Shown piece by piece: positions 1-12,549 of a DNA stretch of 64,000 nucleotides. The position numbers and the translations under genes are program-made. The stretch's first letter is position 1. The number at the start of each line of letters is the position of its first letter. Below the pieces are notes generated by a model. It worked only from the letters and a program-made list of their open reading frames with translations, was not told the origin of the DNA and searched no databases. Source of the DNA: Octopus vulgaris (lineage: Eukaryota); contig OX597815.1 of the NCBI GenBank assembly GCA_951406725.2, positions 139,004,001-139,068,000 of the forward strand. Reading direction: 5' to 3'.

Positions 1-353
1 TATATATATATATATATATATATTCATGTACACACGTATATATGTGCTGGTATGTGTGCTTGAATGAGAGTATTTATACTGTATATATACGCACAGATAT
101 AGACACATAGACACATATAGCAGCAGGCATAGGCACAAGCATACGTACACAGTTATTTTAAAACATGTACTTCATATAGCTATGATTTACTCTTGTCATT
201 TGACAATTGATTATATCCAACTGATTTTATTTCAGATTTTCTTTCATTTCTTTTATAGTGAAAGTTTCAAATGATTATTTATGTTTGTTTCAGAATTATT
301 CTTTCCATTTCAAAGTAGTCTTCTTCAATGAAATCCGGGTAACTTATTTCTAC

Positions 354-477
354 CGTTGTGTCATAAATTGCGCAACATAATCACCAATAGTGAAATGTTT
401 CTGAAAGTCTGTAGGAAAGAAAGGAGCAGTTATATTATACTGGATATCAATGGGAAAAATGTAACCTGCAGCAATTC
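354..477 (-). CDS. Candidate coding exon of an unidentified host gene (…IAAGYIFPIDIQYNITAPFFPTDFQKHFTIGDYVAQFMTQR)
   Basis: Unique non-repeat sequence. Minus-strand acceptor cctgttttcag at 478-488, open frame of ~41 codons with an N-I-T sequon, and a possible donor CG|gtagaa at 353 (or in-frame TAG at 350-352). No family recognised. Confidence 0.45.
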
Positions 478-675
478 CTGAAAACAGGTATACGTACACA
501 CGCGCACACACACAAACATACACACTGACACGCACGCACACACCCACATATGCATACGCACACGCATGCGTGCACACACACACACACACACACACACGCA
601 TATATTTCTGTGAAAGAAGTTTGGCTCTGAACTATATGGTTCCGAATCCCACTGTGTGGCACCTTCGGCAAGATC

Positions 676-815
676 CTTGTTACTTCAATTTAAGTACGGA
701 ATTCAACTTAATCTTAATTATATATACGTATATATACGTAATTCAACTTAATCTTAATTATATATATATATAATTAAGATTAAGTTGAATTACGTACTTA
801 AATTGAAGTAACAAG
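676..815. repeat. Inverted repeat containing a perfect 62-bp palindrome (735-796), made of a PLE terminus
   Basis: cttgttacttcaatttaagtacg (676-698) is the reverse complement of 793-815. tacgtaattcaacttaatcttaat-(ta)7-attaagattaagttgaattacgta is self-complementary. Confidence 0.9.
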
Positions 816-2030
816 CCAGTTCGGTATAGTCCACACTGCTCCAAGTTATGTGGACAGGATGTAAATAAGTAACAAGGATGTCCAGGTATCAATACACTAC
901 GTGCGTTTCGAGCGACTCCAGTTAATCGATCAATGAAGACATTACATCAATTTGAAAGAAACCGCTCCCTTCGGAATTAGATGATCATATATAGCTTCAG
1001 TGTAAAGAATAAACCATGTTTGACAAATTTATATCTACTTAGAAGGTTTTATACAACCACGTAGAATTAAACCCATCGGGAGTTGTCAACGGTGTTCTAA
1101 TTGATAGTGATTAATCAATTAATGTCAGACAATCTTTCAGAACCTTATTTTTATGGAATCATGTATCTAGCGTTATTTACATAAAAGGATATGTATCAGA
1201 GCTGCTAGTAAGAGAATCATTGATGGGGCAGAGGTGATAACTAGGAGACGGAAGGGGTGGGCAAGACTTATATTATAAATGAAAGGAGAACATAATGAAA
1301 AATGCAAAAGTGATTAGTAATATAAGCTCTAAGGGTGGGAATTACGATTGAGGGATACAGGATGTAGTAATTCTTAATTTTGTAAATTCATTATCTTAAA
1401 TATATAAAATCAATTTTTAATCAGTATATAGGAAAAGGATAGAAACTAAACCTAAAACCTAACAATGGGTTTAAGAAAGCCCATAAGGCCTTTAATTGCA
1501 AGAACTACGAAAACTTATGAAAAGATATAAGAATGTATAAAAATATCCCATGTATATTACAAGGAAAAATGCGAGCACGAGAAGTCATAAGATTATAAAC
1601 ATGGAAAAGTACAGGACAAGTTATTACACCTGTAAAAGTATAGGGCAAGCTATTACTTCGAGTAAAGTAAAGAATAATAAACTTGGTGTCACAATTTCTG
1701 AATTAAGGAATGCTCACCACTCCTATATCTCCAATCCCACTATTTTCTTCTGTACTCTCTAAATAATAGTAAGCTTAATAGGATATGCATTTATTTCTAA
1801 ACTCATTCTGCTACAAATATAACATAGAAGAAACAATGTAATTATTTTGGTTCCTAGAATTGATAACTTTGTGAAAAATGATTTATCCTTTATGCTGGAA
1901 ATATATATGGTCATCTACGCCTGAGGAGAGCGGTTTCTTTCAAACTGATGTACTGTTTCCATTGATCGATTAAATGGAGCCACTCGAAACGGCTGTTGTG
2001 TATTCTTCTTACGTATTTACATTCTATACA
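771..2030. mobile_element. Degenerate non-coding Penelope-like element with inverted, diverged terminal repeats
   Basis: ~890-1035 is the reverse-complement homologue of ~1860-2005 and both carry an HHR-type motif. Flanked by (TA)n/(TACA)n. The same terminal family recurs at 35641-35820. Confidence 0.65.
1916..2002 (+). ncRNA. Type I hammerhead ribozyme motif (PLE-associated)
   Basis: UACGC-CUGAGGA-GAGCGG…CCACUC-GAAAC-GGCU-GUU-GUGUA: intact core, stem I UACGC/GUGUA, long stem II loop, minimal stem III. Confidence 0.7.
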
Positions 2031-2041
2031 TGCATACATAC

Positions 2042-2113
<72 letters not shown>

Positions 2114-2568
2114 TATATATTTATATGTACGTACATATAAGTATGTATATATAGGTATGGAATTATAAACAGGAAAAGATAGAACTCAAAATGTATCTAA
2201 CGCACGAATATCTCGGCGCTTGTGTCACTTTATTACTTCTGGTAAATGATTATAAAAGAATATTTATACATTTTTATACATATATACTTGTATTTATTTT
2301 TAATTGGGTCGAAGTTGCAAAAAAATATTCAATTGCAGAGAGTTTTGCGCAATACGTTTATGAAATATATCAAGATTTCCTATTTGATGACCTATTTGTA
2401 ATAAGCCCTAAAATAGGTGCGTGTGTGTGTGTGTGTGTGTAGACAACACAGGTGAGAGAAGGTTTAAGAAATATATTAGTCTAATATTTGTTTCTGTTAT
2501 GTATGTATATGTGTATCTGTATGTATCTGCCTGTCTGTCTGTCTCTCTATATCTACATGTATGCACAC

Positions 2569-2660
<92 letters not shown>

Positions 2661-2784
2661 AGTTCAGCAAAAATTTAGATTCAAATGAATATGGTACTTA
2701 ATTTAGATGCTCCAGGTGGTATTATGCATAAAAATCCGTGGGGTGATTATAATCAAAATAAGCATCAAGAATGACCCTGGTAAT

Positions 2785-2870
2785 TTGGTACGATCGTTTC
2801 GTACTACATCATTTTATTAAATGTTGTAAGTATTACAACAGATTTAAAATGCTGAGTACTCATCAGCCAA
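2785..2870 (-). ncRNA. Type I hammerhead ribozyme in left PLE arm
   Basis: UUGG-CUGAUGA-GUACU…AGUAC-GAAAC-GAUC-GUA-CCAA: perfect core, 4-bp stem I, extended stem II hairpin, palindromic stem III (ACGAUCGU). Confidence 0.88.
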
Positions 2871-3964
2871 TTATAGAGGTTTTCCATTAATACAAAAATT
2901 TTCATATCAAGTGGCAACCTTATAGAGAAGGTAGATATATAGACAAAGATGTGGATTTAAATTTTAAGAAGATTTGAGGTAGTGGAGCCTATCAACTGAC
3001 TGACTAAGATTTGGTTGTTCCAGACTACTGAAAGGTTGTGAGAGGGAAGAATAGGTGGACGGAGACAATAAAGATTTTCTAATTATAGAAATGAGGTAAA
3101 GGAGGTTTCAGAGCTCCATATAAGGAATTTATGTGGAAGACAGCATTGTCACTACTAAATGCCAATTACTACTATTTGATGAACAGATTTAGCGTTAGGA
3201 GAACTAGGTCAATGTCAAGTGGTCACAATCACATTCACAGAGAGTGCAGATACCTTACAACCCCTATGCACATCAACACAACAGTTGATCTATAAGTTCC
3301 AAGTACTTTGACACGTTAGAATAAAGGAAAAAATATAAATCTAAAATTTATTCAATTTGGAGAAAATGGAGTGAGATAATCAGGATGGACCAAATAGTTA
3401 CGCTAGGGACATAGGATTAATACTACTTAGTATTGGAGAACATTATCAAAAGAAGAATTTAATTTTAAGCTTATAATGAAGTTCTTTAAGCATTTATGAG
3501 TATTAAACTAAAACCAGTATGGTATATTCGTTCCTATTTGGTTAAATATATATATATTTTGTAAAGATATCTTAGACTTATTATATATTAAGAAATGGAA
3601 GTGAGATAATCAAGGTGAACCGAATAGTTTCTATAGGGACATATGATTCATACTATTTAGTATTCTTACTATTTGGGATTCATACTATTTAGGATTCTAA
3701 CTATTTAGATTCATACAGTTTAATTTTAGAAAAATGAATTCAATTTTAAGTTTAGAGTGAAGTTTTTTTAGTCATCTATGAATGTTAAATTGAAAGCCAG
3801 TATGGTATATTCCTTCTTATTTGATTATAAAGAATTAAATTTTAAAAAATATAGGAATATTCACAAATTTATTATTTAAAGTATTTAAACGTTCGGGTTG
3901 TACGATGTATACAAGATACTTCCAGTTGCAAACGGTTATTCAACAGATTTGTATTACTGCGATG

Positions 3965-4905
3965 TTGGCCGACTTAGCAAATCTATTTTGGACAATATTC
4001 TACCCCGTATAATTACTAATCTCCCCTTGAGTCTATGGTTTAATACAGATGAGGTAATAGATTGGATTAAATCTCTAGATAACACTAATAGAATTTATTT
4101 TATCCAATTTGACATTAATAATTACTATTCTAGTATATTCCCCATTCTACTTAATAAATCACTTATTTTTGCTAAGAACCGCTCTCTCATATCTAGGACA
4201 TCATCCTATTAGCTAGAAAAACTATCATCGAATTTGAAGGAAAATTATGGACTAGGGCGGATACGCCTAATAATTTTGATAAACACATGGGCTCTAGTGA
4301 CTCGGCGGAGATAACCAATCTGGTAGGAGCATACTTATTAAAATGCATCAACAGCGATATCCCGGAATTACAAGGTGGTCTATATAGGGATGATGCTTTG
4401 TTTGTTGTACCTAGCAACAATGAATCAAGTATTGAGAGGATAAAAAAGAAAATTAGCAAATGTTTCAAAGATTTTAACCTCGGTATTACGTATGAACCCC
4501 CCAGTTGTTATTGTAGGTTTAGATCAAAATGTCCGGTATCTGGTCGTTGTTCGGTCCAAAACGTAATTTATAAATGCACGATAATAACTTCTAACAATAG
4601 CTTTCATTATTTCGGTTGTTCGGTAGATTTTAAAAAACGTCTCAACAATCATTTTTCCTCTTTTAGGCTCAAACATGAGGCAGGTTGCACAATATTATCT
4701 AGCAAAATTTGGGAACTAAAAACAGATAATATAGAATTCAACCTAAAATGGGATATAGTAAGAAGGGCGCAACTTATAGAAATAGCAGGGATGGTTGTCA
4801 ACTTTGTTGTATGGAAACGTATGAAATTTTGAAGCATCGCAGTAATACAAATCTGTTGAATAACCGTTTGCAACTGGGAGTATCTTGTATACATCGTACA
4901 ACCCG
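3965..4905 (+). pseudogene. PLE reverse transcriptase + GIY-YIG endonuclease, frameshifted and internally deleted (Neptune-like Cys linker)
   Basis: RT motifs QFDINNYYSSI, MGSSDSAEITNL and GGLYRDD, then CYCRFRSKCPVSGRCSVQNVIYKC…YFGCSVDFKKRLNNHFSSF (GIY-YIG). Frameshifts at ~4200 and ~4770. Confidence 0.88.
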
Positions 4906-5959
4906 AACGTTTAAATACTTTAAATAATAATTTTGTGAATATTCCTATATTTTTTAAATTTTAATTCTTTATAATCAAATAAGAAGGGATATACCATACT
5001 GGCTTTCAATTTAACATTCATAGATGACTAAAGAATTTCACTCTAAACTTAAAATTGAATTCATTTTTCTAAAATTAAACTGTATGAATCTAAATAGTTA
5101 GAATCCTAAATAGTATGAATCCCAAATAGTAAGAATACTAAATAGTATGAATCCCAAATAGTAAGAATACTAAATAGTATGAATCATATGTCCCTATAGA
5201 AACTATTCGGTTCACCTTGATTATCTCACTTCCATTTCTTAATATATAATAAGTCTAAGATATCTTTACAAAATATATATATATTTAACCAAATAGGAAC
5301 GAATATACCATACTGGTTTTAGTTTAATACTCATAAATGCTTAAAGAACTTCATTATAAGCTTAAAATTAAATTCTTCTTTTGATAATGTTCTCCAATAC
5401 TAAGTAGTATTAATCCTATATCCCTAGCGTAACTAGTTGGTCCATCCTGATTATCTCACTCCATTTTCTCCAAATGGAATAAATTTTAGATTTATATTTT
5501 TTCCTTTATTCTAACGTGTCAAAGTACTTGGAACTTATAGATCAACTGTTGTGTTGATGTGCATAGGGGTTGTAAGGTATCTGCACTCTCTGTGAATGTG
5601 ATTGTGACCACTTGACATTGACCTAGTTCTCCTAACGCTAAATCTGTTCATCAAATAGTAGTAATTGGCATTTAGTAGTGACAATGCTGTCTTCCACATA
5701 AATTCCTTATATGGAGCTCTGAAACCTCCTTTACCTCATTTCTATAATTAGAAAATCTTTATTGTCTCCGTCCACCTATTCTTCCCTCTCACAACCTTTC
5801 AGTAGTCTGGAACAACCAAATCTTAGTCAGTCAGTTGATAGGCTCCACTACCTCAAATCTTCTTAAAATTTAAATCCACATCTTTGTCTATATATCTACC
5901 TTCTCTATAAGGTTGCCACTTGATATGAAAATTTTTGTATTAATGGAAAACCTCTATAA

Positions 5960-6040
5960 TTGGCTGATGAGTACTCAGCATTTTAAATCTGTTGCAATAC
6001 TTACAACATTTAATAAAATGATGTACGAAACGATCGTACC
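5960..6040 (+). ncRNA. Type I hammerhead ribozyme in right PLE arm, truncated just after the cleavage site
   Basis: UUGG-CUGAUGA-GUAC…GUAC-GAAAC-GAUC-GUA-CC. Homology to the left arm stops 2 nt after GUA (6036-6038). Confidence 0.82.
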
Positions 6041-8740
6041 CTGTAAATGTTTATAGATAGGTATATACATACTCATATGTATGTTAGCGCTTAAAGTTGA
6101 TAAGTATCAAAATATCACTCTTAGATGAACAAATATTGAACTAACTGGTTTCGTGTGCATTAACTCTGATATATGTGTGTGACCATGTGAACGCTTGTTT
6201 GTTATATATTGTGTGTGTGTATGTGAGTATGAGTGTGCATGTAAACATATGCATATATATGTGTTTGAATATGCGTCTGACGTTTTGTTTGTGAGGTCTA
6301 AATAATATAGTTTGATGCTGTTTTTGTTACTCGAAAAGACAATATACTGCATACATATCCACAGTTCTTTAGCGTCTGTATCTCCATGCATGTTATATTT
6401 TCCCGCTCGTAGTTAAGAGTTTGAAAGCAAGACTTTGAAGTGAATTCTTTCATCGTTGTCGACGCAAAAATTAAAATGTATGTGTGTCATATGTTGCGTG
6501 ACGTTAACCGTGCTCTGTTGTTTTACCTGAAAAGATGAAGAGAAAATGTCATACTGTGTCTCACAGTCAAGATTAGCTCTATCTTTCTTTTCATTATCGG
6601 TGTGAATTGACTTAGGATAAAATTTGTTTCAGTCTAAAACAAATTGCACTGTTTTGAACAATTATTCCATTAAACGACTGTCTCCAATATAAACCATATA
6701 TTGACAGCATAATCACTGCTTTTCTTTTTCGACTAATATGCTTCGAGCGCGATGTTTTGTTTTCTTTGTAAGAGGGTTTGAAATATATCATGTGCTGTTA
6801 TTATCAGCACATAAATTGGCGTATATTTTATGCTACTGTAAGGAACAACGGCCGGATACAATTTTCAGTTGCTTGTGTACTCATTATTCAAAAGAGACAA
6901 TTCTTTCAACAAGTATAGATATTTCTATCTGGCTTTCATTGTGTTGAATGATTCAGTGTTTATACACCGAAATTATTTTCTTTGCAGAATAGCTTGTAAG
7001 GTATCATGCTTTTATATTGGTCTTTTTGTTTTATTTATAATGTTTGTTGTGTTCGAGATGGTTTTGATTAAAGAGGTGTTTGTTTTTCCACACAAGATAT
7101 CACATTCTTTGTGAATGATATATTGAAATAGTATATTTAGCTATAGATATTTTCCTGAGTTCTTGTCGTTGTTTAACCATAGAGTACCATATGGCACAAC
7201 AGTTGATTTCGCTTCACAATCTTGAGGTATACAAGCAGATTCCACTGCATGCAGTTTTGTTCAAATGTCATTTTTTATAACCTCGTGTCGCACCATGCTA
7301 TGTATGTGAAACTGGGTATACTAAACGCTGATAGTCGTTGCGATTTATATGAAGTTCACACGAATATAGCTTGGCATATGCTGATCCTCATGTTAGGCAT
7401 GCTGTCTTGAACCCTCCAGGTCCTGTACCAGTCTCTAAGTCACGTTTTTATTCTTCAGACGTTGATGAAGGTAAAGCCTTCATCGTATCTATATCACTTA
7501 ATTCAGGTCAATACGTAGAATCCCATAAAATTCGTAAGTACTACTTCTACTATCTGATTAATTCATTAAAATGGTTTCAGAATTCATTAAAATTTTCTGA
7601 TAGCAGTTATGAACCGATAATCATTACACAGGTTGAAATATATTATACTACACCTAGAAATGAGCAGGCTTAGACTATACTTTACTAAGAGTGTGTAAGA
7701 GAACTACAGTATGTCAGAGATCGTAAATACCACCTCCATCTGAACATCTGCACGAAGCGTTCCAGCAAAGTATATTTCCTCTTGGCCCTTTTGACAAAAA
7801 ATTCATTTAACACTAATGATTTCGTTTCCATTCAGGGTGTAATGGATCTTGCGATAAATCTGCAATAGCCACCTTTTGGACGTACCATATAATACTGTCC
7901 TCGTGCTTCCTGTTAAGCCCTTCATATTTTAACTATGAAGTGCTTAACATAATAAAATATTAATTCTGTCGGTGGTACTGAAGTGTCGTTTTAGTGTATC
8001 AGGGAGTATAACATTTTATGGTGCTAGACAGGCAAAGGATAGTTTGTTTCCTGACAAGATCTTGCTTCAACTCTGTGCCGGTGCCAATCAGTAGTGTCAT
8101 TCCAGTCCCTTTCACTTGTCCTAGGAGAATTACATTCTACACTGCCGCCAGGAAGAAGCGAAACATGGCTATTTTTCACTAAATAATTCATAGTTGCTAC
8201 TTTAATTTCATCTGTCTCCCAAGCCACTCATACATATTGGTTTTCTAAATCAACTGTCTTAGTTACACGCTTTTCCCCTGCAATATTAATAATTATAATA
8301 ATAAGGCTTTGTGTATTAGTGCATGAAGAACAGGAACTGATTCATATTCTTCTGATAGATAGTAAAACAATGGAAAGATGCCGTCTTCCCATAATAACAT
8401 GCTAAAATGATCTATGTTAAAAGTAACTAGAGAACCCTGGGACACTGGATCCTTAAATGGAAATATTTGACTTCATTCTGTGCCACAAATTTCATTTTTT
8501 TCTTATAATCACAATAAGCAACCCCTGCCTACGTGCAGAAGAAGATGGAACTGATCACGTGATGATGCAGTCTCTTCCTTAAGCACTTGATAAACATCTC
8601 CGATTCACTATCTCTTTTCCTTCTCTCCTCACTCACTGCAGTAAACTCACCAAGCACACATACATACTTACATGTACAAATATATACATGCAAACATATA
8701 TGTTTGTATAGACATATATGTATGTATCTGTATGTATATA

Positions 8741-9618
8741 TTGGGTCATCCTATACAGAATGCGGTTTTTTTCAATTGCATGAACTGAAAGTCGGAAGAG
8801 AACGGGATAAAATATTTGCATCAACTTGCTACAAAACCAGGTAGTAATTTTAAGTTGTACTTATTGTTTGTGCAAGTTTTGAAGAGTACAGTTCGATTTT
8901 AACAGTTATATTTTCAAAGCTATAATTAGCTCAAAAAAGGCAATAGCGCAACGGTAAGTACGAGGAATATTAATGCAGTCATTGAGGATCGAATAATAAG
9001 CGTAAGCCAGCGTCAATGGTGGTTCTAGAAATTCCGAGCCTGAAACTACAATCTAGATGACGATCCTCATCTTAGAAGATCTGTGGGGCTCGGTGAGGAC
9101 GTCCTGCAAAACTTGTGGAACAAAATCCCATCGTAACTGTTGAGGAACTAGCTGAGCAGCTTGGATCTGGTCATTCAACCAGTCATTCAAGTTAGTACTA
9201 GAAGAAAAGCAGCCATCTTTGCTTTCAAGACGAAAGATGTTTTTCCATCAGGATAATGCTCGGTCACATACAGCGAGGATGACATTCCAAAGGCTGGAAC
9301 AGTTTGAATGGGAAACTCTGGCCACCATATTCGCCGGACATTGATCCATCTCAATATCATTTATTCCACAGTCTTCAAAATCATTTAGAGGAAAAAATAT
9401 GAATTCTGTATATGAGGTCAGAACAGTACTGGAGGAGTATTTTTCGCCACAGACAAGTGAATTTTGGCAGAGGGGCCTTGCAAATACACCAGATAGATCA
9501 AAGAGCATTGTACAAAATGAAGGAGATTATATTTTAGATTAAAAAAGAACTTTGTTTATCTTAATTTTGAAAATAAAAGAACGATAAAAAACACTGCATT
9601 ACTTATGGGATGACACAA
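8741..9618 (+). mobile_element. Internally deleted mariner transposon
   Basis: Imperfect TIRs ttgggtcatcc…aatgcgg / ctgcatt…ggatgacacaa with TA on both sides. Transposase remnants HQDNARSHTARMTFQRLEQFEWETL and PYSPDI at 9245-9350. Confidence 0.85.
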
Positions 9619-10630
9619 TATGTGTATGTATATTTATATGATACATGTGTGACTGTAAGTGGGATTATGTATGTCTGGAGGTGGGGATGAAATTTACAAC
9701 CATGCCAATACCCCTGTAAAATGATATACTAGGCAGCTTAGTCTATGCCCAGAGCTGGAATATATATGAATATCTTGGAGACTATCTTGTTCAAATCCTG
9801 TTAATGTGACCGTAAATAGCTCGCTCGTTTCCATATGCAACTCACTGGCTGTTGAATATTTATTCATGCAAATGGTTTAAATTATTAAACATTATCGTCT
9901 CTTCTTCATTGGCCTAAGTTTCTGACAGAGATACCAAATAACACAACGCTAATTTTTCCTTAGTATGATGAACTGTTTTGCTTGAAAATTTGGGATTTTA
10001 CAGATTTAACTTGAAATTATCAATATAATATCCCCTCAGTAAAAATCTTTAAAAATCCACAAATTAATTTTTTTTTTGCTTTCATTAAACAAAAACAATA
10101 CCATTATTTTAAAAGTATTTCGTAAATTTTCTGTTCTCACTTCAACTTTTAAAATGCTGCAACATTTCAAATTAATCTTCAAATTTCACAGTAAATAAGG
10201 CGTTTATATATTGTGTAATTTCTCATGGGAATGTTGAAGTTGAAATCATTCACAGATTATAAATTTCCCTTGATGTTACGATTGAAACTTAGCTGCTGAG
10301 TTTAATATGCTTCCGTATTACGTTAATAAATAATAAGTCGACAGACGATGATAGAGTGCAAAATTTGAGTTGTCATTGCAATAATTCAGGGATAATGATG
10401 AAATATGGAATTATTATGATAATAACATAGAGTACAGTGTTACAATAACACTAGAATACATAAATGAACAGGCAGCATTCAGATAATTATTTAGTTGGTG
10501 AGAAACGAAAAATTCTGTCGTGCCAAAATTGCAAGTATTATAACTGCGTCGGAGAAAGGATGTATTTAGGGCAATTCAAAACTATATATATCGTGTTCAA
10601 TGAAGTACCGATATGTATATTAAAATGTGC

Positions 10631-10724
<94 letters not shown>

Positions 10725-11081
10725 ATTGCCTGATCGATATTTATGGAACATATTAAAATAAGAAAACTACTTATTTGGCTACATATGTACAGAAGATGAT
10801 GCTGAGTTGGAAATAGATTAATGTAGAGTTGCCGTATACTATAGAGCTGTATTGCTGATAGCATTTAGCCGAATGTTTTATATAATTCATTTGCATTATC
10901 TTATACATTTGATATATTAAAGCTATTAGGAAAAGTTTTCTTTGTTTTTTGCATTTCCTAACGGCTTTTGAAATTACAAGCAACCAATGGCTATATACAG
11001 CAAAAGCAATGTATATATGAAATATTTTCTTCAAAATTAATATATATTATACATACATTAATATATATTATACATATATAT

Positions 11082-11479
11082 AGGCGCAGGAGTGGCTGTG
11101 TGGTAAGCAGCTTGCTTACCAACCACATGGTTCCGGGTTCAATCCCACTTGGGCAAGTGACTTCTACTATAGCCTCGGGCCAACCAAAGCCTTGTGAGTG
11201 GATTTGGTAGACGGAAACTGAATGAAGCCCGTCGTATATATGTATATGTATATATATGTGTGTGTGTTTGTGTGTCTGTTTGTCCCCCAACATCGCTTGA
11301 CAACCGATACTGGTGTGTTTACATCTCCGTAACTTAGCGGTTCGACAAAACAGAACGATTGAGTAAGTACTGGGCTTAAAAAGAATAAGTCTCGGGGTCC
11401 ATTTGCTCGACTGAAGGCGGTGCTCCAGCATGGACACAGTCAAATGACTGCAACGAGTAAAAGAGTAAAAGAGAGAGAG
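11082..11479 (+). mobile_element. tRNA-derived SINE, family A (CORE-like cttgggcaagtg motif)
   Basis: Pol III A/B-box-like head (tggctgtgtggtaag…ggttcaatccc), internal microsatellite, (aagagt)/(ga)n tail. A full copy is at 29981-30394 and a head fragment at ~610-672. Confidence 0.85.
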
Positions 11480-12030
11480 TATACCGTATGACGTATCTTG
11501 ATGAGATATTTCTATTCTAGCTATATAAAGGACAACAAACATCAATGATAACTATGATGTATGTATAAAATTATGCAAACTTCTACAATAATTACCCTTT
11601 AACATCGATCGCATCGGACGTCCTTTTGTTATCAAAGCAAGCTTAAGACAAATATATATGTATCTGCAAAGAGAAACTAATGCAGGTTAAATATGGAAGC
11701 TCATACGGCAGATGCATATCGACGAATTAAAATTCAACTTGTTTGTGATATTTCTATAGGACTAAGAGAAATAATGAAACCAACAAAAAAGAAAATTGAA
11801 AATCGCTTCTAACATTCTAGGAAATTGCTCTCTATAGTTGCAGATTCCATTCACTGGAGTTGTAAAGTAATATAATTTAGAAAATATAGTTTATATTACT
11901 GTCGCACCTGTTACTAAATAATCTCTTTAATGTTGAATCATTATATGCTTCTTAAATATTACACACGATGAGCAACGAATATATTGAGCATATTCTGTTA
12001 AGCTGGCTTGCAAATGCTAATATTCCATAG

Positions 12031-12240
12031 CGAGGTAGTAGAATCGTTAACACGCCGGGCAAGATGCTTAGCGGCATTTGTCCATCTTTTCGTTTTGAGT
12101 TCAAATTCTGCCGATGTCGACTTTGCCTTTCAGCCTTTCGGAGGGTGGATAACATAAGTCCCAGTCAAACACTGGGATCTCTGTAATCGACTTACCCCTC
12201 CCACCCCGAAATTGCTGGCAATGTACCAACATTTGAAATA
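12031..12240 (+). mobile_element. SINE, family B
   Basis: agaatcgttaacacgccgggc…gagttcaaattctgccgatgtcgactttgcctttca is shared with 36467, 54833, 55045 and minus copies at 58900-59320. Confidence 0.8.
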
Positions 12241-12402
12241 AATATTTAACGACACTATTAGAAAGATAGGCATCACTCAATGAAACCCATAATGCCTTAC
12301 ATAAAAAATCTCATGAGATAAGGGTCCTCTGACCTTTCATATCTCATGGGAAATAAAGGTTCACCGACCTTCTATATCATGCGAATTAAAGGAAAAAAGA
12401 GT

Positions 12403-12549
12403 GAATTTAACCAATATTGTACGAATGTTGTGATCTTCTTCTGTTGCACGGTTGTACAGGTTTCTGCTATTAAGAATTTAACCAATATTGTACGAATGTT
12501 GTGATCTTCTTCTGTTGCACGGTTGTACAGGTTTCTGCTATTAAGAATT
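12403..12549. repeat. Perfect 71-bp tandem duplication
   Basis: gaatttaaccaatattgtacgaatgttgtgatc…ctattaa occurs at 12403 and again at 12474. Confidence 0.92.

Larger units (their letters stand above)
2661..6040 (+). mobile_element. Penelope-like retroelement, 5'-truncated, with inverted pLTR arms (~2787-3964 and 4835-6040)
   Basis: The two arms are near-identical reverse complements over ~1.2 kb. The centre encodes PLE RT and GIY-YIG fragments, and each arm carries an HHR near its outer end. Confidence 0.92.

Noticed and set aside
895-975. Functional hammerhead in the left arm of the 771-2030 element
   Set aside because: The core reads CCGAAGG instead of CUGANGA and stem I is broken. Counted only as a dead homologue.
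10464-10864. ORFs rich in [16 protein letters not shown] or NNNN here and throughout the window
   Set aside because: They are translations of (TA)n, (TG)n, (TACA)n and (ATT)n microsatellites, not genes.
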